DNA of 62,750 nt from the NCBI GenBank assembly GCA_040755455.1, contig JBFMAY010000025.1:1-62750 (forward strand), in the 5' to 3' direction. Positions 47,123 through 57,997 of the stretch are shown here, one piece after another (position 1 is the first letter of the stretch; each line of letters begins with the position of its first letter). Position numbers and translations under genes: made by a program. The DNA comes from Thermodesulfobacteriota bacterium (GTDB taxonomy: Bacteria > Desulfobacterota > Desulfobulbia > Desulfobulbales > SURF-16). The notes beneath the pieces are model-generated. The model did no database searches. It saw nothing but the letters and a program-made list of their open reading frames with translations, and was not told the DNA's origin.

Positions 47123-48064
47123 TTATGGTTTTTTTGGCCATGCGACAGCCGTAGGCACCCCGGTTTTGTCCTTCAAGGCCCTGAAAAGGGCCTTGAGATC
47201 GATGTCAAGGGGGCCTAAGGCTGTTACATAGAAAGAGATTTCGCCTACAACCTTCGAAAGCGGATTGCCGATTCGGTTGTCAAAGTCATCAAATACCTGT
47301 ATCCAGCACTTCCCGTCTCCCCATCCGATCTTGATCGGTTCATAGATTACCTGAACTATCGTCCCCACAGGTACCATTGAATAGAGTTCCGCTACGTCTT
47401 CTGGGTACAGGCGGATACAGCCATGGCTCACTCTTCGTCCAATGCCCCATGGTTTGTTTGTCCCATGTATTGCGTATTCCATTTGGGAAAGACGGAATGC
47501 ATAGTCGCCAAGCGGGTTGTCGGGTCCAGGTGGTACCTCAGCCGGGAGGTCTGGTTCCTCTTTCTTGATTGACTCCGGCACGACCCAGGTTGGGTTGGCG
47601 GTCTTGCTTTTTACTTTATAGGTGCCCAATTTAGTGAGAAATCCCTCTGTACCGATGCCTATGGGGGCAGTGAGAAAATAGTCGTGGCCACCATTCGAAA
47701 AGAAGTAGTAAAGCCGCATCTCCGCCAGATTTACGACTATGCCGGGGCTTATGCGCACTTGAGGGAGCACAAAGGCCAATGGGACAAGTACATGGCTCCC
47801 CTTGGCCGGCACCCAAGGGTCGATGTCCGGGTTCGCGGCAATAATCTGATTATATCCAAGGTCAAAGTCACGTGCGATATCGAGGAACGTGTCCTCTTCA
47901 GTCACTTGTACCCAGCGCGTAGTGCCGTATAAGGTCGCGTCAGGCGACAATATGAAGCATCTCAAAGCCCATGAGGAATAGGGATGGAGCAATATCCAAA
48001 TAAAGACCGCCGCTTCGAAAAACAATAGTCGTGTTAGCTTCATAGTTATTTTGTCACTGAACAC
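47123..48064 (-). CDS. LysM-L,D-transpeptidase (ErfK/YbiS/YcfS-like)
   Basis: DIARDFDLG…ANP.IDPW.P, VNLAEMRLYY, PGPDNPLG, IHGTNKPWGIGRRVSHGCIRL; GAGGTG RBS. Confidence 0.92.
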   Translation of the reverse strand: MFSDKITMKLTRLLFFEAAVFIWILLHPYSSWALRCFILSPDATLYGTTRWVQVTEEDTFLDIARDFDLGYNQIIAANPDIDPWVPAKGSHVLVPLAFVLPQVRISPGIVVNLAEMRLYYFFSNGGHDYFLTAPIGIGTEGFLTKLGTYKVKSKTANPTWVVPESIKKEEPDLPAEVPPGPDNPLGDYAFRLSQMEYAIHGTNKPWGIGRRVSHGCIRLYPEDVAELYSMVPVGTIVQVIYEPIKIGWGDGKCWIQVFDDFDNRIGNPLSKVVGEISFYVTALGPLDIDLKALFRALKDKTGVPTAVAWPKKP

Positions 48065-48251
48065 GAGGCGTCACCTCAATAAAACTGCTATGGTTGCAAG
48101 GTTTGAGCGAGTTTATTGAATGCCTCATTTCCTTAAAGACATCGGCGTTGCTCTGTGATGTCCACCGCCAGATCCGAGTATCATCCTTCACTATTGTTGA
48201 GCAGGTCGATCTCAAATGCGCCTAGCCTCAATACCGTTCATTTAATAGAGC

Positions 48252-48326
48252 TGGTCCCCTGCTTTCGCGGGGGTGACGGCATTTGAATGTCGATTCCAAC
48301 GTCATTCCCGCGAAAGCGGGAATTCA
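48252..48326. repeat. inverted pair of REP elements (GTCATTCCCGCGAAAGCGGGAAT type)
   Basis: CCCCTGCTTTCGCGGGGGTGAC…GTCATTCCCGCGAAAGCGGGAAT. Confidence 0.75.
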
Positions 48327-48366
48327 TTCCATGGGCCTGCAACAGCTTACGCGAACGGCATTGCAC

Positions 48367-49854
<1,488 letters not shown>

Positions 49855-49868
<14 letters not shown>

Positions 49869-51291
49869 GGGACGCCCCCCTCTCGGCGCTGCTTGCGCCG
49901 GTGTCGCCGCCGGCTGCGGCGCCAACCTCGTCTTCCGGATGCTTCTGCAGCTCCCTTTTGCGGCGTGCGGCCGGGATCAGCCCCGCCGGCCGGTAGATCA
50001 TCATGATGATGAGGATGAGGCCGAAGAGCATGCGTTGATATTTGGCCGGGTCGAGCTGGTTGGAGAGATTGCGCCAGGGGAAATTGATGAGCGGGATAAC
50101 GGCATCGCTCTGCCTGAGTTCACTGAGATAAAGAGAGAGCCCCTGCAGGACCTGGAGGTTCAGGATAGTCACCACCGCGGCGCCCAGGATCACCCCGGGG
50201 ATGCTGCCTAAGCCCCCCAGGATGACAATGGTCAGGACCCCGATTGACTGCATGAAGGAGAAGGACTCGGGGCTGACAAAGGTACGGCTGGCGGCAAAAA
50301 GAACGCCCATGGCCCCGGCAAAGGAGGCGCCGGCGGCAAAGGCCCCGAGCTTCATCCGTACCAGGGGCACGCCCATGGCCACGGCGGCGAGTTCGTCCTC
50401 GCGGATGGCGGTCCAGGCCCGGCCGATCTTGGAGTCGTCCAGGCGGCGGACCACCACGATAACCAGCACGACGAACACCAGCGCCACGAGATAGAAGAAA
50501 AGATTGTAAAACTCGGCATCGGAGACAGGGTGGCCGACCAGGGGGTCCAGGATGCCACGGAGCATATCGAGGAGCGGGCCGGGCAGGGTCGGTCGCTGGA
50601 TGGGGGAGATGCCCTGGGGGCCGTTGGTCAGGTTGAGGGGCTTGTCGAGGTTGTTGGCCAGGACCCGGATGACCTCGCCGAACCCCAGGGTGACGATGGC
50701 CAGGTAGTCGCCCCGGAGCCGCAGGACAGGCAAGCCCAGGAGGATGCCAGCCAGGGCGGCCACGATCACCGCGGCGATGACGAAGAGATAAAAGGTGTCC
50801 GGCGGCAGGAAAAACGGGGTTCCCGCCGGCGCCGTGCCGGGTATCTCGTGGAGGAGAAACATCTGCTGCGAACCAAAAAAAGCCCAGAGATAGGCGCCCA
50901 CGGCATAGAAGGCGACGTAGCCCAGGTCGAGCAGACCGGCAAAGCCCACCACGATGTTGAGGCCCAGGCCGAGGGCCGCGAAGACGCTGATCTGGAAGAT
51001 CACCTCAAGATAGGAGATGTTGCGGATGCCGATCACCGGCATGAGCACGACAGTGATCACCACCCCCAGGCCGATCTTCGCCCGGCGGTCCATGTCGAGA
51101 CTGTAGATGAGCAGGGCCGAGGAGAGAAAGCACAGAAAGGCGAGGAGGCTTCTGGGGTTGGCGTAGACCAGGGCAGTCCCCAGTCCCAGATAGAGCATGC
51201 TCACCACATAGGGCGTGATGCCGGCGTTGAGCCGGTCCATTACCAGCCGGCCAAGTCGGGTAAAACGGTGCGCGGGTGGTGGGGCGGTCAT
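49855..51291 (-). CDS. livM: branched-chain amino acid ABC transporter permease
   Basis: GLNIVVGFAGLLDLGYVAFY, RLRGDYLAIVTLGFGE, AIREDE. Confidence 0.92.
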
Positions 51292-51307
51292 GGTCACTCC
51301 TTGTCCT

Positions 51308-52516
51308 TTAAGCCTTCTGCCCAACCTGTTCGCCCAGCAGCCCGGAAGGACGGAAGACGAGAACCAGGATCAGGATGGCAAAGGCCAGAATATCCTTATA
51401 CTCGGCGCCGGCAGCGCCCATGGTGAAGGTCGAGAGGTAGGCCCCGGCAAAGGTCTCCAGCATGCCGAGGACGATGCCGCCCAGGAGGGCGCCGGGCAGG
51501 TTGCCGATGCCGCCGAGCACTGCCGCGGTAAAGGCCTTGAGACCGGGGAAAAAGCCGACAAATGGATCGATCCGGGTGAACTTGAGGGCGTAGAGCACCC
51601 CCGCCGCGCCACCAAGGGCGCCGCCGATCAGAAAGGTAAGGGAGATATAGCGGTTGATGTTGATCCCCATAAGGCTTGCGCTCTGCTGGTCCTGAGCCAC
51701 CGAGCGGATGGCCTTGCCCATCCTGGTGGCGTTCACCAGGTAGTTGAGGCCGACCAGCATGCAGACCGCGGCTACGATCACGACAATCGACTTGACCTGG
51801 ATGGAGATATCCATCTTCACGTCCAGCAGCGACAGGCTGGCCAGCGACAGACGCTGGTCAAAGTTGCCGAAGGTGGGGATGATCCGGTGGAACTGGCCCG
51901 TGGTCAGGCTCTCGACCAGCCGGATCAAATCCTGCAGGAAAAAGGAGACGCCGATGGCGGAGATGAGCGGCACCAGACGCGGGGCGCGCCGGAGCGGCCG
52001 GTAGGCGATCACCTCGACCGCCACCGCGGTAAAACCGGCGGCAACCATGGCGGCCAGCATCGCCAGGGCCAGGTAGCCGCAGGCGGCGAGGGCCGAGATG
52101 CCGGTCAGGTACTTGGCTCCGCTTAAGGCAATAAGGATCTCTACGCCGACAAAGGCGCCGATGGCAAAGATCTCGCTGTGGGCGAAGTTGATGAACTCGA
52201 GCACGCCGTAGACCATGGTATAGCCAAGGGCGATGGTAGCGTAAACAAAGCCGATGGTCATCCCGTCCACGAGCACCTGGGGCAGGTTGGCGAGGGTGAA
52301 GGAGAAGAGATTGATACCCAGGCGTTTGACGCAGGCCTGATCCACGGCCGAATCGGAGAGGGCATAGGCGATGGCGAGCATCAGCAGCGACAGAACCAGA
52401 CTGCTGGCCAGGACACAGGAGACGATCTGCCCCAGGGGCCGGAGCAGTTCGCGCAGAACGACCAAAGAGTTGCCAAGGCCCCGAGCGGCCGACTTGCCCG
52501 TGAAATCCATGCGCAC
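51308..52516 (-). CDS. livH: branched-chain amino acid ABC transporter permease with N-terminal extension
   Basis: ALGYTMVYGVL..INFAH, GLKAFTAAVLGGIG, RPSGLLG. Confidence 0.9.
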   Translation of the reverse strand: MRMDFTGKSAARGLGNSLVVLRELLRPLGQIVSCVLASSLVLSLLMLAIAYALSDSAVDQACVKRLGINLFSFTLANLPQVLVDGMTIGFVYATIALGYTMVYGVLEFINFAHSEIFAIGAFVGVEILIALSGAKYLTGISALAACGYLALAMLAAMVAAGFTAVAVEVIAYRPLRRAPRLVPLISAIGVSFFLQDLIRLVESLTTGQFHRIIPTFGNFDQRLSLASLSLLDVKMDISIQVKSIVVIVAAVCMLVGLNYLVNATRMGKAIRSVAQDQQSASLMGININRYISLTFLIGGALGGAAGVLYALKFTRIDPFVGFFPGLKAFTAAVLGGIGNLPGALLGGIVLGMLETFAGAYLSTFTMGAAGAEYKDILAFAILILVLVFRPSGLLGEQVGQKA

Positions 52517-52526
52517 GCTCTTTTGC

Positions 52527-53746
52527 TTACTGGGGTGGCGCGATATCCAGGGTCTGGGTGATGGTGTTGTCGTTCCACTTGGCCGGATCAGCGGAGGTGA
52601 CCTGGATGATGAAGTACTTGGCCATGGTCAGGTCACCCTTGCCATTGAAGTTGATGGTGCCGGTGATGCCCGGAAAGTCCTTGAGGGAGCGGACCGCCTC
52701 CGCCACCGCCTGGCGGGTCGGCGGCTTGTCGCCGGCCTTGTGGGCGGATTCCTCGATGCCTTTGAGGCAGATGGCCATCGAGTCATAGCCCTGGGCGGCG
52801 AATGGTTTTGGATCAGCGCCGTACTTGGTCTTGAACTCGGCCTGGAATTTGCGGTGCCGGGATAGAGTTTGGCCGGACCGGCAACCGTGGTGTAATACAG
52901 ACCGCCGCCTTCCAGCAGGGCCGGCCCGCCGATGTTGATCGCCTCGGGTGAGTCGTAGCCATCATCGGTCAGAAACATGCCCATATACCCCTTCTCCCTG
53001 GCCTGCTTGAAGAATACCGAGGCCTGGTCATAGATGCCGCCGCAGAAGATCACGTCCGGCTTGCCGGCGATGATCGGCATGAGCATGGAGTCGAAATTGG
53101 CCTTCTCCTCGGTGCCGTCAAAGCCCTGTACCAGCATGCCAAGTTTGGTGGCCTCCCGTTTGAAGAACTCGGCAATGCCCTGGCCATAAGCGGTCTTGTC
53201 GTGGATTACATAGACGCTCTTCATCCCCTTGGAGTGGGCAAACCGGGCCGCCACCACTCCCTGGACGTCGTCGCGGCCGACGATCCGGCTTATCTCCTTG
53301 TAGCCACGGTCGGTGACCTTGGGGTTGGTGTTGCCGGGCGAGACATTGGCGATCCCGGCGTTATGGTACTCCTCCGACGAAGGGATCTGGACCCCGGAGT
53401 TGTAATGGCCGACCACGCAGAGGATGGCCGGATCGGCCACGATCTGCTTGGCATTGTTCACCCCCGTGTCCGGGTTGGCCTGGTCGTCATAAGCCGCAAG
53501 CTGCACCGTAAATCCCATTTTCTCCAAAGGCCCCTTGAGCCGTTCCAGGGCCAACTCCGCGCCGTTTTTGATATCGACGCCCAAGGCCGACTGGCCGCCG
53601 GACAAGGGACTTTGGGTGGCGATTTTGATCACCGCCTTGGCGGGTGCTGCGGCGAACGCGACGGACGACCAGCAGGAGGAGGCCAGGACCAGACCTCCGA
53701 AGGCAACAAGTGACCACAGGGCAGCACGATTTATTTTCCGCTTCAT
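52527..53746 (-). pseudogene. livK: branched-chain amino acid binding protein with a 1-nt frameshift near 52850
   Basis: PLSG, DDQ, GHYNSG, RDDVQG, TAYGQG; the homologous frame continues as KFQAEFKTKYGADPKPFAAQGYDSMAI… only after a frameshift. Confidence 0.8.
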
Positions 53747-54242
53747 ATTTCCTCCTTGCTATCCACTACCGCAGGCTATCGGTGATAGTGATAATTTTCC
53801 TTGGCAATCAAAATAAGACCAATTCTCCCTTGCGCAGGGGGGAGGTGGGAGCCTCGTCCGTGACTGCTAATCCGGCGAGGCGGCCTGGCGAAGTCATCTT
53901 GATTGCAAATTTATATGGGGTGTTAAGGTGAGGTGAAAGGTGGAAAGGCACGAGGAACAGGAGCGCCCCCCGAACCATCGATGCTCAACCTTCCAGAGCG
54001 TCAGCCACAGTCTCCAATGATTGTAAATCAATAGCCGAGCCCCTGATAAAAATCAATCACTTTCCGTGATTTGGCGGGAAGGTGACAGGTTCGGCAGCAA
54101 CATCAGGCTGGCAATTGATGGCAGGGGGAGATTGCCGGGGCAGACCTGTAACCTGCGAAAGAGAACAAGCTTGTTTTAACCAGCTTATCCGTAATCGCTC
54201 ACACTGGCCCTAATTTTTGTTTATTAATCAAGCCGCCGTATA

Positions 54243-56933
54243 TCAATCTTTTCCATATCGCTTGGCCAAAGCCTCAAGTGTCATATTCGCGGCAATTTCG
54301 TCATGGGGAATCAAAACATAACGCCAGGGTTTGCCGCCATGGCCCTGGGCGTACCCTGAGGCATTGGCGCACCACTTGACCGCCGCCTCTTTCTTGGCGC
54401 GGACAATCGGATCAGTCAACTGGTTCCTGGCCTTGGGTTCCAGCATGTAGAGCGCCGCGTCTGTCTCGGCCACAAAGTCGGGCTGATATTCCCGATGATC
54501 CGCCCCTTGCCGGTAGTAAATCTGGAACTGGCCCTTGTTGGGCCTGAACCACCGTAAAGCGTCGCGCTCCAGGATCATGGCCAGCACCCGCTCTCCCTCA
54601 GATTCGAACTTCTGCACAGGATAGAGGCATCTGCTGAAGCCCCCGAAAAGGTAGCGGGCCATGTTGCTCTTATCAGGCGGAGAAATCCGGTAATCGGCAT
54701 TGGGTTCCGAAGTCGTGTAGGCACTTGGTTTCAGTTCGGTGAACCCCTTGCTCACCTTGACCTCGTAGCCCATCACCTCCTCCCAGTAGTGTTCCTGCAT
54801 TTGGGCGTGGATGAATCGGGCGATATCGCGTTGATAGCAGCGGACCACATCGACTACTTCCTCAGCCCGCATGTAGCTCTCGAAGTGGCGGATGGTCTGG
54901 CCGGCTAGTTCATAGAGCAGGTCGGCATGGTCGTCGTAGGAAATATCCGGATAGTCCATCAGGCAACGGACAATGTAGTTCTCAAGCCTCGGTTCGGTAC
55001 TGTGGCCCCGGGCCGGGGTCACCGCCATCCCTTCACCGGTGCGCAGATACTGCACCCAGAGATCCTCCGATACCGCCTGATAGTTGAGCCCGTCCAGCTT
55101 GAGGGTAAAGGGTTTGTAGCCGGACTTCACTTCGCCCTGTGGCACCACCAGAATCCGCGGGATATCGATGGTTTGCTCGGTTACCAGCTCCACCGTCTTC
55201 GCAACCACGGCGGCGATATCCGGTTTTTCGCCGAATCCCTCAAGCCACGGTTGCGGGGCCTGCCGGGCTGCAACCTCCCTGACGATGGCGGCCTGAATCT
55301 CCGGCTTCTTCAGATGATTGACCGTGGGCAGGGTCCGGGGCTGGTTCTCGAACCCCTTGATCACCTCCCAGGCAATCCGGGCGATTGCCTGTTCCTGCGG
55401 CGTGGCGAACGCCTTCTTTTCGTCCTGCCCGGCCAGGGTGGTGCTGGCCGTCATCTGGGGAGGTTGCAGGCCAAGCATGTTCGCCAATTTCGATTGCGAC
55501 ACCACGGTTGTCGGCTTTCTGGACAGATCCTCCGGATCGAGCACCAGGGTCTGCAGGCGGATGGCGGATCCGGGCCGGTTGGCCTCATCGATGATCTCCT
55601 GAAACCTGTCGTGGGCCACGATATTGAGCCGGTCCACCGGGGCCACTCCCGTGCGTTTGCCGTAGGGCAGCCGCAGCCCCCGCCCAATGGATTGCTCGAT
55701 CAGGATACGGGCATTGGCCGCCCGCAGCGGTACGATGGTATGGAGGTTGGTTACATCCCAACCCTCTTTCAGCATATTGACATGGATAACAATCTCCGTG
55801 GGCTCGGAGGTCAGCTCAACCTTGAGAAGGCGCTCGATCATTTCTTCCTCATCCCTGCCGGTCTTGCTGGAATCAACCTGGATAACCTTGTCCTTGTAAC
55901 GTCCCTCGAAGAAGGAGTCGGCTTGGATGGTTGAAAGCAACTGCCCGGCATGGGTTGTATCACGGGCGATCACCAGCAGGAAGGGCTTGATGATGGGCTG
56001 GAGATTCTCCCTGGCATACGTTTCCAACTCCACCTTGGTGGCCTCGTGCAGCCGAATGCCGTCTTCCAGCTTCAGCCGCTCGATCTCCGCAACCGACATG
56101 CCTGCCGGTTTGAAATCCTTGCGGGTCACCACCGCCGGTTCCTTGACAAAGCCATCGGCCATGGCCCGGCCCAGGGCGTAATCATAAATGACGTTTTTGA
56201 AAGGAACCTGCCCCTTGCCCGTTTCCACAAAAGGCGTGGCGGTCAACTCCAGCCCCAGGACCGGCTGCAATTCGTTAATGGCCCTGACCCCGGCGCTGGC
56301 CCGGTAGCGGTGCGACTCGTCCATCAGCAGCACCAGATCGTGAAGGCCGGCCAGGTAATCGAAGTAGCTCTCGCCGATGTACTCGGAAAGACGCTTGATG
56401 CGCGGCGATTTGCCGCCCCGCACCTCGGAGTTGATCTTGGAGATGTTGAAGATATTGATGTGGACTCCCCCATACATGCCGGGAAGCCAACCGGATCGGA
56501 TGCCAATCCCGCTTTCATAGGTATCCCCGGTGATGACCACGGGCGGCTCGGTGGCGAATTCGGCGATGCCTTTGAATACGTACTTGGGCGTGTTGGGGGT
56601 AAAGTCGGTAGTCAGCTTGTTGTAGATGGTGAGATTCGGCGCCAGCACAAAGAAATTGTTGATGCCATGGGCCAGATGGAGATAGCTGACAAAGGCCCCC
56701 ATCAGCCGGGTCTTGCCGACCCCGGTGGCCAGGGCGAAGCAGAGTGAGGGAAACTCCCGCTCGAAATCCTGTACCTGCGGGTACTCGCGCTTGACCGCTT
56801 CCAGGGCCGCGGCAAGATCGATGTTCTTGCCCGGCGGCACGATTCCGGTCACCCGATGCAGGATCTCCAGCGATTGCCGCTGGGGCGGCCGCAGGGAAAG
56901 CCGGCCGGAGATGGCGTTGACATGGCGGTTCAT
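54243..56933 (-). CDS. res: type III restriction enzyme Res subunit (SF2 helicase plus PD-(D/E)xK nuclease)
   Basis: ATGVGKT, DESH, TATP, LKEGWD, EQSIGRGLR, YQPDF…LEPK. Confidence 0.9.
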   Translation of the reverse strand: MNRHVNAISGRLSLRPPQRQSLEILHRVTGIVPPGKNIDLAAALEAVKREYPQVQDFEREFPSLCFALATGVGKTRLMGAFVSYLHLAHGINNFFVLAPNLTIYNKLTTDFTPNTPKYVFKGIAEFATEPPVVITGDTYESGIGIRSGWLPGMYGGVHINIFNISKINSEVRGGKSPRIKRLSEYIGESYFDYLAGLHDLVLLMDESHRYRASAGVRAINELQPVLGLELTATPFVETGKGQVPFKNVIYDYALGRAMADGFVKEPAVVTRKDFKPAGMSVAEIERLKLEDGIRLHEATKVELETYARENLQPIIKPFLLVIARDTTHAGQLLSTIQADSFFEGRYKDKVIQVDSSKTGRDEEEMIERLLKVELTSEPTEIVIHVNMLKEGWDVTNLHTIVPLRAANARILIEQSIGRGLRLPYGKRTGVAPVDRLNIVAHDRFQEIIDEANRPGSAIRLQTLVLDPEDLSRKPTTVVSQSKLANMLGLQPPQMTASTTLAGQDEKKAFATPQEQAIARIAWEVIKGFENQPRTLPTVNHLKKPEIQAAIVREVAARQAPQPWLEGFGEKPDIAAVVAKTVELVTEQTIDIPRILVVPQGEVKSGYKPFTLKLDGLNYQAVSEDLWVQYLRTGEGMAVTPARGHSTEPRLENYIVRCLMDYPDISYDDHADLLYELAGQTIRHFESYMRAEEVVDVVRCYQRDIARFIHAQMQEHYWEEVMGYEVKVSKGFTELKPSAYTTSEPNADYRISPPDKSNMARYLFGGFSRCLYPVQKFESEGERVLAMILERDALRWFRPNKGQFQIYYRQGADHREYQPDFVAETDAALYMLEPKARNQLTDPIVRAKKEAAVKWCANASGYAQGHGGKPWRYVLIPHDEIAANMTLEALAKRYGKD

Positions 56934-57997
56934 GGCTTCAGCTCCTTTTTCTGTTCCTTTTGCAACGCAAATCGTTGCCGGGCCTGGACCATTGCCTTAT
57001 GAAGTTCCTGTTCCAGTATCTCACGGGGAGGAAGTTCCGTCAGGTACTCCGCAACCCTGATGCCGCTTTGCTCAAGTTCCAGCAGCTCCACGGTCTCATG
57101 TTTCTTGCCGGCGCAGAGGATGAGGCCTATGGGCGGCTCTTCCCCAGGCTGGCGTTCGTAGCGATCCAGCCAACGCAGATAGAGTTCCATCTGTCCCTTG
57201 TCCGCCGGTTTGAATCTGTCAAGCTTGAGTTCTATGGCCACCAACCGTTTAAGTTTGCGGTGAAAGAAGAGCAGATCGAGGTAGTAGTCGTCATTGTCCA
57301 CCTGAATGCGCTTCTGGCGGGCGACAAAGGTAAAACCCGCCCCAAGCTCCAGGAGAAACTGCTCCAGTTCCCGCAGGATGGCGTCTTCCAGGTCTTTTTC
57401 CAGATAACGGTCGTTGAGGCCGAGAAAATCGAGGAAGTAGGGGTCGCGGAAGATCAGATCGGGCGTGAGCCTGTCCTCATCGCGCAGGGCGTCAAGCTCC
57501 AGCCGGATCAGTTCGTCGGGCTTCCGGGACAGGGCGGTGCGCTCGAAGAGCATGGAACCGATCTTTTTTTGCAGGGTTCGGGTACTCCAGCCCTCGATCC
57601 GGCACATCTCGGCGTAAAAGTCCCGTTTCAGGGGATCATCGAGATAAACAATCTCCTTGAAATGACTCCAGCTCAATTTTGCAGACAGCGCCTGCAAAAT
57701 TTCCAGATCAGGAAATACCTCCGCCAACCGCACCATGTAGGCGAGATTCCGTTCGCTCCAGCCACGGCCATAGGTGCCGGTCAATTTTGCAGACAGCGTC
57801 GGCAAGATTTCCTTGCCATATTCGGCCCGTTCGTCCTTGAGGATCTCCTCGTTGATCCGCTTGCCGACCCGCCAGTAGAGCATGGTCAGGGCGGCGTTGA
57901 CCGTGGTGGCGACCGTGGCGCGGGTTTCCTCGATCAGGCCGCGCAGGTCGTGCAGGAGTGCGTCGTCACCTCGGGCCGGGGATTTCTTGGCGCTCAT
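56930..57997 (-). CDS. YhcG/DUF1016 PD-(D/E)xK nuclease-domain protein
   Basis: YWRVG, LSWSH, FY…WS.RTL, DPYFLDFL, FVARQKRI, DLLFFHR.L…IELK, GQM..YL. Confidence 0.92.
   Translation of the reverse strand: MSAKKSPARGDDALLHDLRGLIEETRATVATTVNAALTMLYWRVGKRINEEILKDERAEYGKEILPTLSAKLTGTYGRGWSERNLAYMVRLAEVFPDLEILQALSAKLSWSHFKEIVYLDDPLKRDFYAEMCRIEGWSTRTLQKKIGSMLFERTALSRKPDELIRLELDALRDEDRLTPDLIFRDPYFLDFLGLNDRYLEKDLEDAILRELEQFLLELGAGFTFVARQKRIQVDNDDYYLDLLFFHRKLKRLVAIELKLDRFKPADKGQMELYLRWLDRYERQPGEEPPIGLILCAGKKHETVELLELEQSGIRVAEYLTELPPREILEQELHKAMVQARQRFALQKEQKKELKP

Noticed and set aside
53760..54060. Riboswitch or T-box leader upstream of livK
   Set aside because: Hairpin potential exists but no glycine, SAM or T-box consensus could be recognised.
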